A DNA stretch of 64,000 bases, taken from NCBI GenBank assembly GCA_046045965.1, contig JBJOKS010000004.1:1-64000 (forward strand), given 5' to 3'. Shown here piece by piece: positions 50,954-61,555 of the stretch; the stretch's first letter is position 1; each line of letters begins with the position of its first letter. The DNA is from Cyanobacteriota bacterium. Its GTDB lineage: Bacteria; Cyanobacteriota; Cyanobacteriia; Cyanobacteriales; Nostocaceae. The translations under genes were made by a program, and so were the position numbers. The notes under the pieces were generated by a model, which saw nothing but the letters and a program-made list of their open reading frames with translations, searched no databases and was not told the origin of the DNA.

Positions 50954-52231
50954 CTAAGCTGGTTTAATGGTAACTACAGCATAAGCTGCGGGTGATAAAT
51001 ACTGTTGTGCAGCTTGCATTAAATCATGTTCATTTTGTGATTGTATATATTGGGGATAATTAAATGCTGGTTCTAAGTCACCTATTAAAGATTGATAATA
51101 GCCATACAAACCAGAGCGATCGCTTGGTGTTTCATTCCCAAATATAAACCGATTTGCTACCCGTCTTTGTACACGATAAATTTCTGATTCTTTGACTAAT
51201 TCGGTTTGTAGTGTCTGCAAATGTTGAGTGATTGCTGCTTCCACTGCTGTTAAATCTTCCACTTCACATTTAGCAGAAATAGAAAATATTCCTTGCATTT
51301 TATGATTGATATTACTAACAGAAATTGAAGAAACAATTCCTCTTTCTTCTCGTAAATCATGGACTAATCTGGATGTGCGTCCATGTCCCAAAATTCCTGC
51401 CAACACATCTAAAGCATAAGTATCATTTAATTGTATCAATCCAGGTACTCGCCAGAGCATGATTAACCTAGCTTGTTGGAGACTTTCATCAATAAATTCT
51501 CGACGGATAATTTCTGTAAATGCTGGTTCTTGACTAACTGTTAATTGTTGATGGTTAACTGTTGATTTTTGACTATTTTTTTCAAATTCCTCGGCGATAA
51601 TTTCTACTAATTCTTCAACTGGTAAATTACCTACAGCTACCGCAGTTATTGAAGATGGTTGATACCACGTATGATGAAAATCGCGCATTTGTTGGGGTGT
51701 AACTTGGGAAATTACCGCTTCAGGACCAAGTACCGGACGACGGTAGGGTAAAACATCAAAAGCGGTTTCCATTGTACGCCGATAAATGCGCCGTCTCGGG
51801 TTATCTTCTGAACGTCTGATTTCTTCTAAAACTACTAATCTTTCTCTTTCAAAAGCTTCTTTAGGAATGCTAGGATTACACACTACATCTATTTGTAGTG
51901 GTGCTAATTCTGCAAAGTCTTTAGGCGCAGTAGTAATATAATAATGTGTATAATCTTGGCTGGTGGCAGCATTAGTCACAGCACCACGTTCTTCTATGCG
52001 ACGTTCAAACTCACCACTGGCTAGTTTTTCTGTTCCTTTAAATACAATATGTTCTAAAAAGTGCGCCATGCCATTAATAGCATCTGACTCGACAGCAGAA
52101 CCGATTTTTACCCATACATTCAGGTTAATGGCTTCTACTGGCATTTGCTCGGCGATGATGGTTAAACCGTTTGGTAGATGATGTACCTTGGGAGCATGAA
52201 GGCGTGGAAATTTCAACAGAGTTGATGTCAT
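50954..52231 (-). CDS. M16 (pitrilysin-like) zinc peptidase
   Basis: HFLEH inverted zinc motif, NAATSQDYT. Confidence 0.93.
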   Translation of the reverse strand: MTSTLLKFPRLHAPKVHHLPNGLTIIAEQMPVEAINLNVWVKIGSAVESDAINGMAHFLEHIVFKGTEKLASGEFERRIEERGAVTNAATSQDYTHYYITTAPKDFAELAPLQIDVVCNPSIPKEAFERERLVVLEEIRRSEDNPRRRIYRRTMETAFDVLPYRRPVLGPEAVISQVTPQQMRDFHHTWYQPSSITAVAVGNLPVEELVEIIAEEFEKNSQKSTVNHQQLTVSQEPAFTEIIRREFIDESLQQARLIMLWRVPGLIQLNDTYALDVLAGILGHGRTSRLVHDLREERGIVSSISVSNINHKMQGIFSISAKCEVEDLTAVEAAITQHLQTLQTELVKESEIYRVQRRVANRFIFGNETPSDRSGLYGYYQSLIGDLEPAFNYPQYIQSQNEHDLMQAAQQYLSPAAYAVVTIKPA

Positions 52232-52529
52232 TGGTCGTGGTGAGGGCGATATTACTTCTTATATATTACAACGCCCTTAATGGTGTAAATCACAAGTCTC
52301 TGATCGTCTAATTGCGTAGATAATTCGGGAAAGTGATCCGATTTTGGAGTTGGGACGTTTGCATACCGCAGTTGCACCATTTTCCATTGACACCAGGGAG
52401 TAATCCCGTGGGTTGTCACACCTAGTAATTATGGCTCTAAACAGAATAACACGCCATCTAGAAATTTCCAATCCGTGGTTGCGATACTTTCAGTAAGTAT
52501 ACTTATAACCTATAACACCCGTTTTTTCT

Positions 52530-52545
52530 TGTACTTAAGTATACA
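52530..52545. promoter_or_regulatory. Candidate NtcA box
   Basis: TGTA-CTTAAGTA-TACA matches TGTA-N8-TACA; TATCAT at 52569. Confidence 0.45.
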
Positions 52546-52619
52546 TTTTACACAAATTTTACACATTTTATCATTATATTATAATATTATTGAATGTGAG
52601 ACTTCACAAAGGGTAAACT

Positions 52620-53480
52620 ATGGCGATTTCAGGACTCCTATCTGAACTTTCTCTACCAGAAATCTTTCAACTACTAGAGCAAGGAAATAAAACAGGAAGA
52701 CTAACCATTAAATCACACTTACCTCACTCATCTCTGCAAGAGCAAATTTTTCACATTTGGTTTAAACAAGGAATGATTGTTGCTGCTGCTAATAGGTTGG
52801 ATGGACAGGGATTATTATCCATTATCCAACAGCAAGGTTGGCTCAGTGCGCGTGCTGCGGCTCGAATCACAGATGTCTGTGCAACTAATCAACCGACTGG
52901 TTTATGTCTCAAATTACAAGGAATATTGGAAGTACAACAATTAAAAACGTTATTTAGTTATCAAGTGCTTAATCAGGTTTGTAAACTTTTGGAATTGCCC
53001 AATGGACTGTTTCATTTCGACCAAAAAACGCCTATACCTACTTCAGAAATGACAGGTTTGACTGCTAAACCCAAAGAAGTCATACTCAAAGGTTTAAGGG
53101 TATTACGTAATTGGAAATTTCTGGAAGAGAAATTACCAGATCCAACTTGTGCTTTAGTCAGCAAAATTGATAGCAAGCCTCAACTATCCTTAAATCCACT
53201 AGAATGGCAAATTTGGGAATTCACTAAAGGCACAGTTTCAATGACAGCGATCGCTCAACAGTTAGATGTACCTGTAAAAAAGATCCAACAAGCCGCATTT
53301 CGACTTATCGTTGTTGGTCTGGTAGAAGAAGTTCCCATTATTTTAGAAGCACCAGATCAGCTATGTGAGTTAAAACCAACCATACTTGACATACAATTTG
53401 AGTCGAACAAACAAGAAAGAGGTACAGTCAGTCAATCTTTTCTCAAAAGCTTAGTTGGATTTCTCAAAAACAGAATTTAA
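52620..53480 (+). CDS. DUF4388 (PatA-N-like) domain protein
   Basis: GLLSELSLPEIFQLLEQGNKTGRL, C-terminal HTH-like IAQQL...AFRLIVVGLVEE. Confidence 0.8.
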   Translation: MAISGLLSELSLPEIFQLLEQGNKTGRLTIKSHLPHSSLQEQIFHIWFKQGMIVAAANRLDGQGLLSIIQQQGWLSARAAARITDVCATNQPTGLCLKLQGILEVQQLKTLFSYQVLNQVCKLLELPNGLFHFDQKTPIPTSEMTGLTAKPKEVILKGLRVLRNWKFLEEKLPDPTCALVSKIDSKPQLSLNPLEWQIWEFTKGTVSMTAIAQQLDVPVKKIQQAAFRLIVVGLVEEVPIILEAPDQLCELKPTILDIQFESNKQERGTVSQSFLKSLVGFLKNRI

Positions 53481-53989
53481 TTGAGCTTTAAATCCAACAT
53501 ACCAGGGTTCTATCGCTGATTTTTCAGCACCAACATCTGATTTCATTTTTGCAAAATTATATATCTGATTTTCTCTGATTTTCTTCACCTCTTAACATCA
53601 CACTTGTTTAACTGTTGCCTGTTTTTACAATATAACAACATAAGGTATAACTAATCAAATAGTGTGCCTGTATAAATACCATATATCCCACATTCTGCAC
53701 CCTAAACTTTCACACAACTAAAATTTCCAGATTTTTGTATAAAAATCATCATTTGATGTATTCAAAAATCCGAAATTAACGATTGTGACAGCTGGGGATG
53801 CGGAAGGTGGGATATATTGCAATACTGTTCAGTTACCGATATTTACACATTGCCGTTCGCGTAGCGTGTTGTAGGCAACCCCCCTTAGTCTCTCTTAAAA
53901 AGGGGGAAACAATAGGCATTTTAGAGGAATTAGGTTTAGCAGGAACTTCAATTTCATTAGATGAAGCAGTCTAATTTATTACTTGCCTT

Positions 53990-54153
53990 GGCGACTATAA
54001 GTCGCGACTACACAGACAAAACCCATCTTCATGGGTTTCAAACTCTCCATTTTTCGTTAGTCCACGGAGGTGGACTTAGTTTGTGTAGTAGCGTTCGCGA
54101 AGCGTGCCGGAGGCATCTTTCTAATCGCCATAAACTTTTAAAACATCCTCTAA
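53990..54153. repeat. REP-like doublet with SDR insert
   Basis: GGCGACTATAAGTCGCGACTACAC...AAACCCATCTTCATGGGTTT...AGTCCACGGAGGTGGACT...GTGTAG. Confidence 0.75.
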
Positions 54154-54238
54154 GCCCTGGCTGATTTTTGCCTTTGAATTAATGATTTGCAGATGGGCAA
54201 GATGCCCACCCCACAAGAACTAGACCACTAAATTATGA

Positions 54239-54961
54239 TCAACTTTTTGCCATTGTTGGAAAAACAGAAATGTTGTTTGGTACTGCCTCAGAATTGGGGA
54301 AAAATTTCTCTGATAACAGTTGTTGGAAAGTCTTAACTGAATCTAACCAATTTTGAATTATTGTTTGCAAATCTTGTAATTTTTCAACCGGAGTATTTCC
54401 TAATAAGGAATAGTTAAAATTACCAGAAAATAAAATCGCAGCCACTACTTTATCAGGAAACTGTACATTTGCTTGGTTAATACTTAAATTCAGTATTCCC
54501 CGTTGCAAAGGATAACTTAACTGCAAAGAAGCATTAACTTTTGATCCTGCAAATTCCTGCCATGAACCAGGTGCTAAGAGTTTACCATGAATATATTGGT
54601 ACACTTCTGCATCAGAGTTAAAAGTCACAAATCCTCTGGGGTTAATTCCTACTTGCTGATATTCAACTTGAGATAGTTTTTCTACTAGCTGTAGAGTAAT
54701 TTTTGGTACTAGAATTTCTTCAATTTTTTTTGCTCCTATTGCCTCCACTACAGTTACACTATTAGGCTGGGCTGCAATTCCTACTCCTGTGTTGAAGAAA
54801 AGCTGTACGACACTATTAGTATAAACTGGTTGTCTTGCTAATTCCCAATCTGCGGGAACAATCCCTGTATACTTTAAAAAATCGTGATTCAGAACGGTAG
54901 GATTCAGATTTTTAGCGGTAATTGTGATCGCTAATTCCTGTATTTCAAAACGTTGACTCAT
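54239..54961 (-). CDS. Conserved hypothetical protein
   Basis: NPTVLNHDFLKYTGIVPADWEL, VGINP and FSGNFNY motifs; ATG-initiated 240-aa ORF. Confidence 0.75.
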   Translation of the reverse strand: MSQRFEIQELAITITAKNLNPTVLNHDFLKYTGIVPADWELARQPVYTNSVVQLFFNTGVGIAAQPNSVTVVEAIGAKKIEEILVPKITLQLVEKLSQVEYQQVGINPRGFVTFNSDAEVYQYIHGKLLAPGSWQEFAGSKVNASLQLSYPLQRGILNLSINQANVQFPDKVVAAILFSGNFNYSLLGNTPVEKLQDLQTIIQNWLDSVKTFQQLLSEKFFPNSEAVPNNISVFPTMAKS

Positions 54962-55105
54962 GTTTAATTTGTGTCTATTTTTATTACAACATTATTACTG
55001 TATTACAGAATGTCAGTATAAATACAACTTCTGCCCAACTCACATACAGCCCGATTTAATTTAAAATTATGAGTAGTAATATTAAGAATTGTAAAACAAG
55101 TATCA

Positions 55106-56620
55106 ATGCCTAGTCTATCCCTTCACAAAAACCAATCCCGTGTTATCGTCATCGGTGCAGGAATAGGTGGACTAACGTCCGCAGCATTATTAGCACATAG
55201 AGGTTATAGCGTTTTAATTCTCGATCAGGCTTTAGTTCCTGGTGGTTGTGCTTCCACCTTTAAACGTCAGGGGTTTACCTTTGATGTCGGTGCAACTCAA
55301 GTCGCAGGTTTAGAACCAGGGGGAATTCATCACCGCATTTTCTCAGAATTAAATATAGAATTACCCGAAGCAACGTTTTGTGATCCTGCTTGTGCGGTTT
55401 TTCTTCCCGGAGAAAATACACCTATTAATGTTTGGCGAGATCCCCAAAAATGGCAGGAAGAAAGACAAAAACAGTTTCCAGGAAGTGAAGCTTTTTGGCA
55501 ATTATTAGCGACTTTATTTAATGCTAGTTGGGAATTTCAAGGACGAGATCCCGTTTTACCTCCGCGTAATTTATGGGATCTTTTACAGTTAACAAAAGCA
55601 TTACGTCCGAATACATTAATTACTGCACCTTTCACTTTTATGACTGTGGGAGATGCTTTAAGATTATATGGTTTGGGAAATGATCAAAGACTGCGGACAT
55701 TTTTGGATTTACAACTAAAATTATATTCCCAAGTAAGTGCAGAAGAAACAGCTTTGCTTTATGCAGCTACAGCATTGAGTGTATCTCAATCACCCCAAGG
55801 ATTATATCATTTACAAGGGAGTATGCAAGTATTGAGCGATCGCTTAGTTGAATCTTTAGAAAGAGACGGTGGTAAATTATTAATGCGTCACACCGTTGAA
55901 AACATCAAAGTTGAAAATAACCAAGCTAACGCAGTAGTTATTAAAAATCAGAAAACCGGGGAAGTTTTCACAGAAACCGCAGATCATGTAATTGCTAACG
56001 TCACTGTTCAAAACTTAGTAGAATTATTAGCAGAAAAAGCCCCATCTGGATATAAACAAAGAGTAGAAAAATTACCTTCTGCTTCCGGTGCATTCGTGGT
56101 TTATTTGGGTGTTGATAAAAGTGCAATTCCTGATGAATGTCCGCCCCATCTACAATTTCTATATGATATTAATGGTCCAATTGGCGAAAATAATTCTTTG
56201 TTTGTCTCTGTAAGTCATGAAGGAGATGGCCGCGCACCAGAGGGAAAAGCGACAATTATCGCTTCTTCATTTGTTGATTTTACTATGTGGTGGAATACAG
56301 AAAATTATCAAGAATTAAAAGATAAATTCACTCAAGATGCAATTTCCAAACTTTCCCAATATTTCTATTTAAAACCAGAAACTATCATTTATGTAGAAGC
56401 TGCCACACCTAAAACCTTTGCTCATTTTACAGGTAGAGAAAAGGGAATTGTAGGCGGAATTGGTCAAAGAATTCCTACCTTTGGACCCTTTGGTTTTGCT
56501 AACCGTACACCTATTAATAATTTGTGGTTAGTGGGTGACTCAACTCATCCAGGGGAAGGTACAGCAGGGGTAAGTTATTCTGCTTTGACAGTAGTTAGAC
56601 AAATTGAGTCTGAAAAATAA
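55106..56620 (+). CDS. crtD: Carotenoid C-3',4' desaturase (CrtD-type FAD oxidoreductase)
   Basis: GAGIGGL, FDVGATQVAGLEPGGIH, GDSTHPGEGTAGVS. Confidence 0.82.
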   Translation: MPSLSLHKNQSRVIVIGAGIGGLTSAALLAHRGYSVLILDQALVPGGCASTFKRQGFTFDVGATQVAGLEPGGIHHRIFSELNIELPEATFCDPACAVFLPGENTPINVWRDPQKWQEERQKQFPGSEAFWQLLATLFNASWEFQGRDPVLPPRNLWDLLQLTKALRPNTLITAPFTFMTVGDALRLYGLGNDQRLRTFLDLQLKLYSQVSAEETALLYAATALSVSQSPQGLYHLQGSMQVLSDRLVESLERDGGKLLMRHTVENIKVENNQANAVVIKNQKTGEVFTETADHVIANVTVQNLVELLAEKAPSGYKQRVEKLPSASGAFVVYLGVDKSAIPDECPPHLQFLYDINGPIGENNSLFVSVSHEGDGRAPEGKATIIASSFVDFTMWWNTENYQELKDKFTQDAISKLSQYFYLKPETIIYVEAATPKTFAHFTGREKGIVGGIGQRIPTFGPFGFANRTPINNLWLVGDSTHPGEGTAGVSYSALTVVRQIESEK

Positions 56621-56742
56621 AGTCTTTCTCTTTTTTTTAGTCTTGCTGTTCCCTGCTGTATGTAAATAAAGATTTCTAGCTGTAATTTTTATCCCAAAGG
56701 AGGGAATGATGAGCTTTATCTACTCGCGGGAGAAAAAGCTAT

Positions 56743-57804
56743 ATGTACACTGACAAAATTGATAATTTACAATCTTTAACATTAGAGCAGTTTTTAAATT
56801 ATGCACACCTACAACAAACTTCAGATGTGCATATAGCTATTGGGGATATTCCTGATTTTCGTATTCAAGGAAAATTACAAGCAATTTCTGATTTTGTTAT
56901 AGATGAAGTGACTTTTTGGAATTGGGCTGGAAGTATTTTCAATCTTAGCCAAATTCAAAAAATAAAATCAGGTAATGCTGTAAATCTTGTTTATCAATAC
57001 CCTTTTGGTAATGTTTCTATTTCTGGGTTTCTAACTTTACAAAATCCTGTAATGACCATTAGGTTTTTACCTAGTAATATTCCTCCAGTTGATAAGTTAG
57101 GAATTCCTGAAATATTGCAAAAAATTTGCCATAATTCCCAAGGTTTGATTTTAATAACTGGTGTCATCGGTAGTGGTAAAAGTACAACTTTAGCTAGTCT
57201 TGTAAATTATATAAATCAAGAAATGACCCGCAAAATCTTCATCATTGAAGATGGGGTTACTTGTGTTTATCAAAACCGTCAATCGTTAGTTAATCATTTG
57301 TTGGTAGGATCACATACTCCTAATATTATTGAGGGAGTGAAAACAGCATTAAAAAATGATGCAGATGTAATTATATTAAGTGAGTTGAGCGAGCGATCTA
57401 TTGTTGATATTGCTCTACGTGCTGCTCGTTCTGGTATTCTAGTTTTAGCCTGTATGCACGCTGGTAGAACGCACACTGCTATTCAAGAATTATTGACTTT
57501 TTATAGTAACCAAGAACAGGATTTTATTCGCTTTCGTTTAGCTGATAGTTTACAAGCAATTCTTTCTCAAAAATTAGTTCCAACCCTCACAGGCCACTAC
57601 AAACGCGCAGCTATTTTTGATCTCTTGCTCATAAATGATGTGGTTCAGAATTGTATTTTGGAGGGAAAAACACAAGATTTATTAACAGTGATGCAGCAAC
57701 ATCAGGAATTGGGAATGTGTACTTTTGAAACTGAATTACAAAAGTTATTAAATTCACAACGAATTTCTCAGGAAGTTTTTACAGAAACCCTACAGAAAAT
57801 TTAG
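56743..57804 (+). CDS. Divergent PilT/PilU-like ATPase
   Basis: SDVHI, GLILITGVIGSGKSTTLASL, RLADSLQAILSQKL, GMCTFE. Confidence 0.8.
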   Translation: MYTDKIDNLQSLTLEQFLNYAHLQQTSDVHIAIGDIPDFRIQGKLQAISDFVIDEVTFWNWAGSIFNLSQIQKIKSGNAVNLVYQYPFGNVSISGFLTLQNPVMTIRFLPSNIPPVDKLGIPEILQKICHNSQGLILITGVIGSGKSTTLASLVNYINQEMTRKIFIIEDGVTCVYQNRQSLVNHLLVGSHTPNIIEGVKTALKNDADVIILSELSERSIVDIALRAARSGILVLACMHAGRTHTAIQELLTFYSNQEQDFIRFRLADSLQAILSQKLVPTLTGHYKRAAIFDLLLINDVVQNCILEGKTQDLLTVMQQHQELGMCTFETELQKLLNSQRISQEVFTETLQKI

Positions 57805-57880
57805 ATCCCCAACTTATTCAATGAGTCAAGGATCTATTTCTGTATTTTCTCCTTACCAATTACCCATTACCAATTACCCA

Positions 57881-59983
57881 TTACAAACCATCACCAGTTG
57901 ATAATGGAGATGGTTCAGCTTCCGGTGATGGTGTAGGTAAAGACTCAAGCGATGGCGTAGGTAATGCTGTAGGTGATGTCCGAGGTATCAGAAATTGTCT
58001 CCAAGTTCTAATTTGCTCTTGAGCATCTCTGTAAGCAGAACTACCACGGGGAATTAACCTAGCAGTTGCAATACTTCTAGAAATATCAAACTCACTTTGA
58101 GAACGTGCCATTTGTAACAGTTGCTGACTCCATTGATCAATGGCTACATTCGCATCCATGCGTAAAACGTTACGGTTGGAAACTCGATCAGCTAACCTTA
58201 TCGCTTCAGCTAAAGCTTCTGGTGTGCCAGCAATTGCTACTTCTCTGGCTTTTGTCCAGTTTTCTCTAGCGCGAATTTGTTCTTGCCAGGTATCGACTGC
58301 TGTTTGTGCTTCACTAGCAAGAGACCTTCCTGATGAAGCAATTTTTTGAGCTTCCCTAATAGCAGTGTTTAAATCACCACTTTCAGCAATAATCCTGGCT
58401 TGATCTAAATAAGGTTGGTCTTGAATGCGTTGAATTTTAGCAGTCCAAGTGCGGATTTTTTTCCGTGCTTCTGGATATAATGCACGACCAGAGCGAATTT
58501 GACCAGCTTCTGCGATCGCAGCCTGTAAGGAGTTAATATCTTCTAATAAAGCTATTTGTTCCGCACGCTCTAAGTAAGGTCTGTCTTCAATAGACTCTAC
58601 TTGTCCACGCCAGCGATTCATCTCTTGTCTAGCTTCTGAAGCGCGGGGGTTGTTCTCAGGAATCTGTTGAGCTTCAGAAATAGCGGCCGTTAAATCGTTA
58701 ATTGTGCCTTGACTAGCTAAGGTTCGCGCTTTTTCCAAACGAGACACATCTTCAATTTCTAATTGCCAAATAGCAATCAGTTCTTGTGCTTTCTCATACA
58801 CCTCTCTGGAAGCATCAATTTGTTGCGCTTGATAAATGGCAGCCTCTAAACCAGAAACTGTACCTATCCAAGCACTTCTTCGGGCTTCACCTAAAACAAT
58901 AAAGTCATCTATTTCTGATTGTAATGAGGCAATGGGGGGAATTTGTCTGGCAATTTCCAAGGCTGTATCAGCATCTCGCCTATCCATCTTGGCTTGTGCC
59001 AATTTGAGTATATTGCGCCCAAATTCAGGAATCAATTCTTGAGCTTTTTGATATAGGTAACTATCCGACTTAATTGACTCAGCTAATTTAATAGCTTCCA
59101 AGATATTATCTACAGAGCGACCTTTGGCTAGACCTTCAGCTTTATATAGTTTGTCCCCGTCTTCTCGCGCTGTGACAATAATGCGATTTAGTTCGTCGTA
59201 CTTGGTATTTGACCAATATTGATTATTGATGCGTAGCAGTTTGGATGACAGCATAAAAGCTGATTGCCAACGCCTCTGTCGCAGTTCTTTTACTGATTCA
59301 TCATAGATTGCTTCTGCCCTTGACCAGATAGACTGCCATTTAGTAATTTGCTCTTCTACTATTTTACGAGCTTCTAGGTCTTCAGGAATTTGCCGAGCAG
59401 TGGCGATCGCTTCCTCTAAATTTCCAGATTGGAAACTCTGATCTGCTAACTTGAGAATATCCCGTGACCACTCTTCTAAAAAAGTATTAATTTGTCCCCG
59501 CAGTGGGTGATTTTCTGGCAATTCCTTAACAAGTGCGATCGCTTGCAATAAATCATTCACATTCTGCTTAGAAGCAGCCAGGGAAGCGCAATGTAAACGT
59601 ACCGAAGCACTAGCTAAAGGCCAAAATATTTTGGGGCAGTTTGGCGCTGATGGCAGCTTGAGCAACATAGACATTGATATAAAGCCGATGCTGCTAGGAA
59701 TCAACGTTAATAAAATTGACCACAGCACCCAGCTTTTCATCCAGGGTGGTAATTTTCCAACTATCTTACTGAGAGCAAAAGATTCCTCAGAATAGTTTTT
59801 TATAGGTAATCCTTCTGTATTGTTCTCTTCTTGCTGCATCACTGAATTCAAGTTAGAACCAGTAGCTGGGACACCAGATGGTTGAGTTGTCCCGACTTCT
59901 GGAGTTCGGGATAATCTTGTATTTTGATCCGGCTTTCTAGCTCTGGCTGGAGACCAACTATCTGAAATATCCCGCTCTGTCAT
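57881..59983 (-). CDS. Conserved cyanobacterial membrane-anchored helical-repeat protein
   Basis: TM helix, LPSAPNCPKIFWPLASASVRLHC, repeated AI..A..IP helical units. Confidence 0.75.
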   Translation of the reverse strand: MTERDISDSWSPARARKPDQNTRLSRTPEVGTTQPSGVPATGSNLNSVMQQEENNTEGLPIKNYSEESFALSKIVGKLPPWMKSWVLWSILLTLIPSSIGFISMSMLLKLPSAPNCPKIFWPLASASVRLHCASLAASKQNVNDLLQAIALVKELPENHPLRGQINTFLEEWSRDILKLADQSFQSGNLEEAIATARQIPEDLEARKIVEEQITKWQSIWSRAEAIYDESVKELRQRRWQSAFMLSSKLLRINNQYWSNTKYDELNRIIVTAREDGDKLYKAEGLAKGRSVDNILEAIKLAESIKSDSYLYQKAQELIPEFGRNILKLAQAKMDRRDADTALEIARQIPPIASLQSEIDDFIVLGEARRSAWIGTVSGLEAAIYQAQQIDASREVYEKAQELIAIWQLEIEDVSRLEKARTLASQGTINDLTAAISEAQQIPENNPRASEARQEMNRWRGQVESIEDRPYLERAEQIALLEDINSLQAAIAEAGQIRSGRALYPEARKKIRTWTAKIQRIQDQPYLDQARIIAESGDLNTAIREAQKIASSGRSLASEAQTAVDTWQEQIRARENWTKAREVAIAGTPEALAEAIRLADRVSNRNVLRMDANVAIDQWSQQLLQMARSQSEFDISRSIATARLIPRGSSAYRDAQEQIRTWRQFLIPRTSPTALPTPSLESLPTPSPEAEPSPLSTGDGL

Positions 59984-60143
59984 CTCTCACACCAAAGTAA
60001 TTGAATAGCAGTTTTGCTCAAACTGATAATTCTATTTTTGCCATAGTAACTTTCTTTCTGGTCATTAAACAGCTATTTTTTGCATTTTCTATCTTCCTCC
60101 ACAAATACCATTTATATTTCTTGGTTTTAGTAGTATTTCACAC

Positions 60144-61049
60144 TTATTCTGAAACAGAAGCTTCCCTTTGTAAATCAACAATTAATTGTGTTAGATTCTC
60201 ACTACTTGCTTTATAAACACTGCCACAAAAATCACAAGTAGCTTCCGCACCATCATCTTTAACAATCATGTCTTGAAGTTCCGCTTCTCCCAGTATTTTC
60301 AATGCTCCTAGCACCCGATCAAAGGAACAACCACAGTGGAAGCGTAACATTTGACTCTCTGGGAAAATTGTTAGTCCCATATCTCCCAGTAAATCATTAA
60401 AAATTTCCGTCAGCGTTTTCCCGGCTTGCAACAACGGCGTGAAACCTGATAAAGCAGATACTCTTGATTCTAGCGTTGCTACCAAAGCTTCATCTCTAGC
60501 CGCTTTAGGCAAAACTTGGATCAGTATCCCTCCCGAAGCTGTCACTCCATCTGCTCCCACAAACACACCTAAAACCAAAGCTGAAGGTGTTTGTTCTGAA
60601 TTTACCAGGTAATGAGCTACATCATCACCAATTTCTCCAGAAACAAGTTCAACGGTACTAGAGTAAGGATAGCCATAACCAATATCTCGAACAACATAGA
60701 GATAGCCACTACCCACAGCACCACCAACATCTAACTTACCTTTGGCATTGGGAGGCAATTCCACAGATGGATTTCCTACATAACCCCTAACCGTGCCATC
60801 CAACCCTGCATCTACCAATATACCACCCAAGGGACCATCCCCTTTAACTCGCACATTGACCCTAGAGCCAGCACGCTTCATACTAGAAGCCATCAACAAA
60901 CCCGCTGACATGGTTCTTCCCAGTGCAGCTGTAGCTACATAGGACAGTTTATGACGTACTCTTGCTTCCTCAGCTAAACGTGTGGTAATCACACCCACCG
61001 CTCGAATACCCCCATCGGCTGCTGTAGCCCGCATTAATTGATCCGCCAT
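60144..61049 (-). CDS. hslO: Hsp33 redox-regulated chaperone
   Basis: GDGPLG, SEQTPS, CGCS...CDFC zinc centre. Confidence 0.96.
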   Translation of the reverse strand: MADQLMRATAADGGIRAVGVITTRLAEEARVRHKLSYVATAALGRTMSAGLLMASSMKRAGSRVNVRVKGDGPLGGILVDAGLDGTVRGYVGNPSVELPPNAKGKLDVGGAVGSGYLYVVRDIGYGYPYSSTVELVSGEIGDDVAHYLVNSEQTPSALVLGVFVGADGVTASGGILIQVLPKAARDEALVATLESRVSALSGFTPLLQAGKTLTEIFNDLLGDMGLTIFPESQMLRFHCGCSFDRVLGALKILGEAELQDMIVKDDGAEATCDFCGSVYKASSENLTQLIVDLQREASVSE

Positions 61050-61168
61050 GAAAAACCCTTACAATTCTTAACAAGATGACTTTTATATTGTAAGTTCTCT
61101 AGGGAATAGGGAACAGGGGAAGCAGGGGAAGCAGGGGGAGAATAACCAATTACCAATTACCAATTACC

Positions 61169-61555
61169 ATGTTAGGTACTTTTCAACAAAGCCAATTGCG
61201 AATCGAAATCGAAGCATCCGCTGATGCTATTCACGATAGTCTGTTAATTCCAGCACAACTGCAAAAATGGCTACTAGGACAAAGTTTTTCCCCTGGAATG
61301 CCGGAAAAGTTAGCTTCTGGATTGGATTTTACTACTGCCACCGGACCTGTCCAAATTCATCATCACGTTGATGTAGTGAGAAATAATTGCTTGCGTTTGT
61401 TACTCAGTGGTGGAATTGATGGTTTTCATGAGTGGTACTGGGGGGAAGGTTGGGTTCAGTCTCGTTTGGAAGGAATATCAATTTTACCTTTGAATTTGGG
61501 TCAGACTATGAGTTTGTTGAGTTTGCGGGAGTTTTTGAGGGGTAAAAAAAGGTAA
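61169..61555 (+). CDS. Conserved cyanobacterial hypothetical protein
   Basis: MLGTFQQSQLRIE...GIDGFHEWYWGEGWVQSRLEG. Confidence 0.75.
   Translation: MLGTFQQSQLRIEIEASADAIHDSLLIPAQLQKWLLGQSFSPGMPEKLASGLDFTTATGPVQIHHHVDVVRNNCLRLLLSGGIDGFHEWYWGEGWVQSRLEGISILPLNLGQTMSLLSLREFLRGKKR

Noticed and set aside
53961..54164. 67-aa ORF
   Set aside because: Made entirely of REP/SDR repeat sequence.
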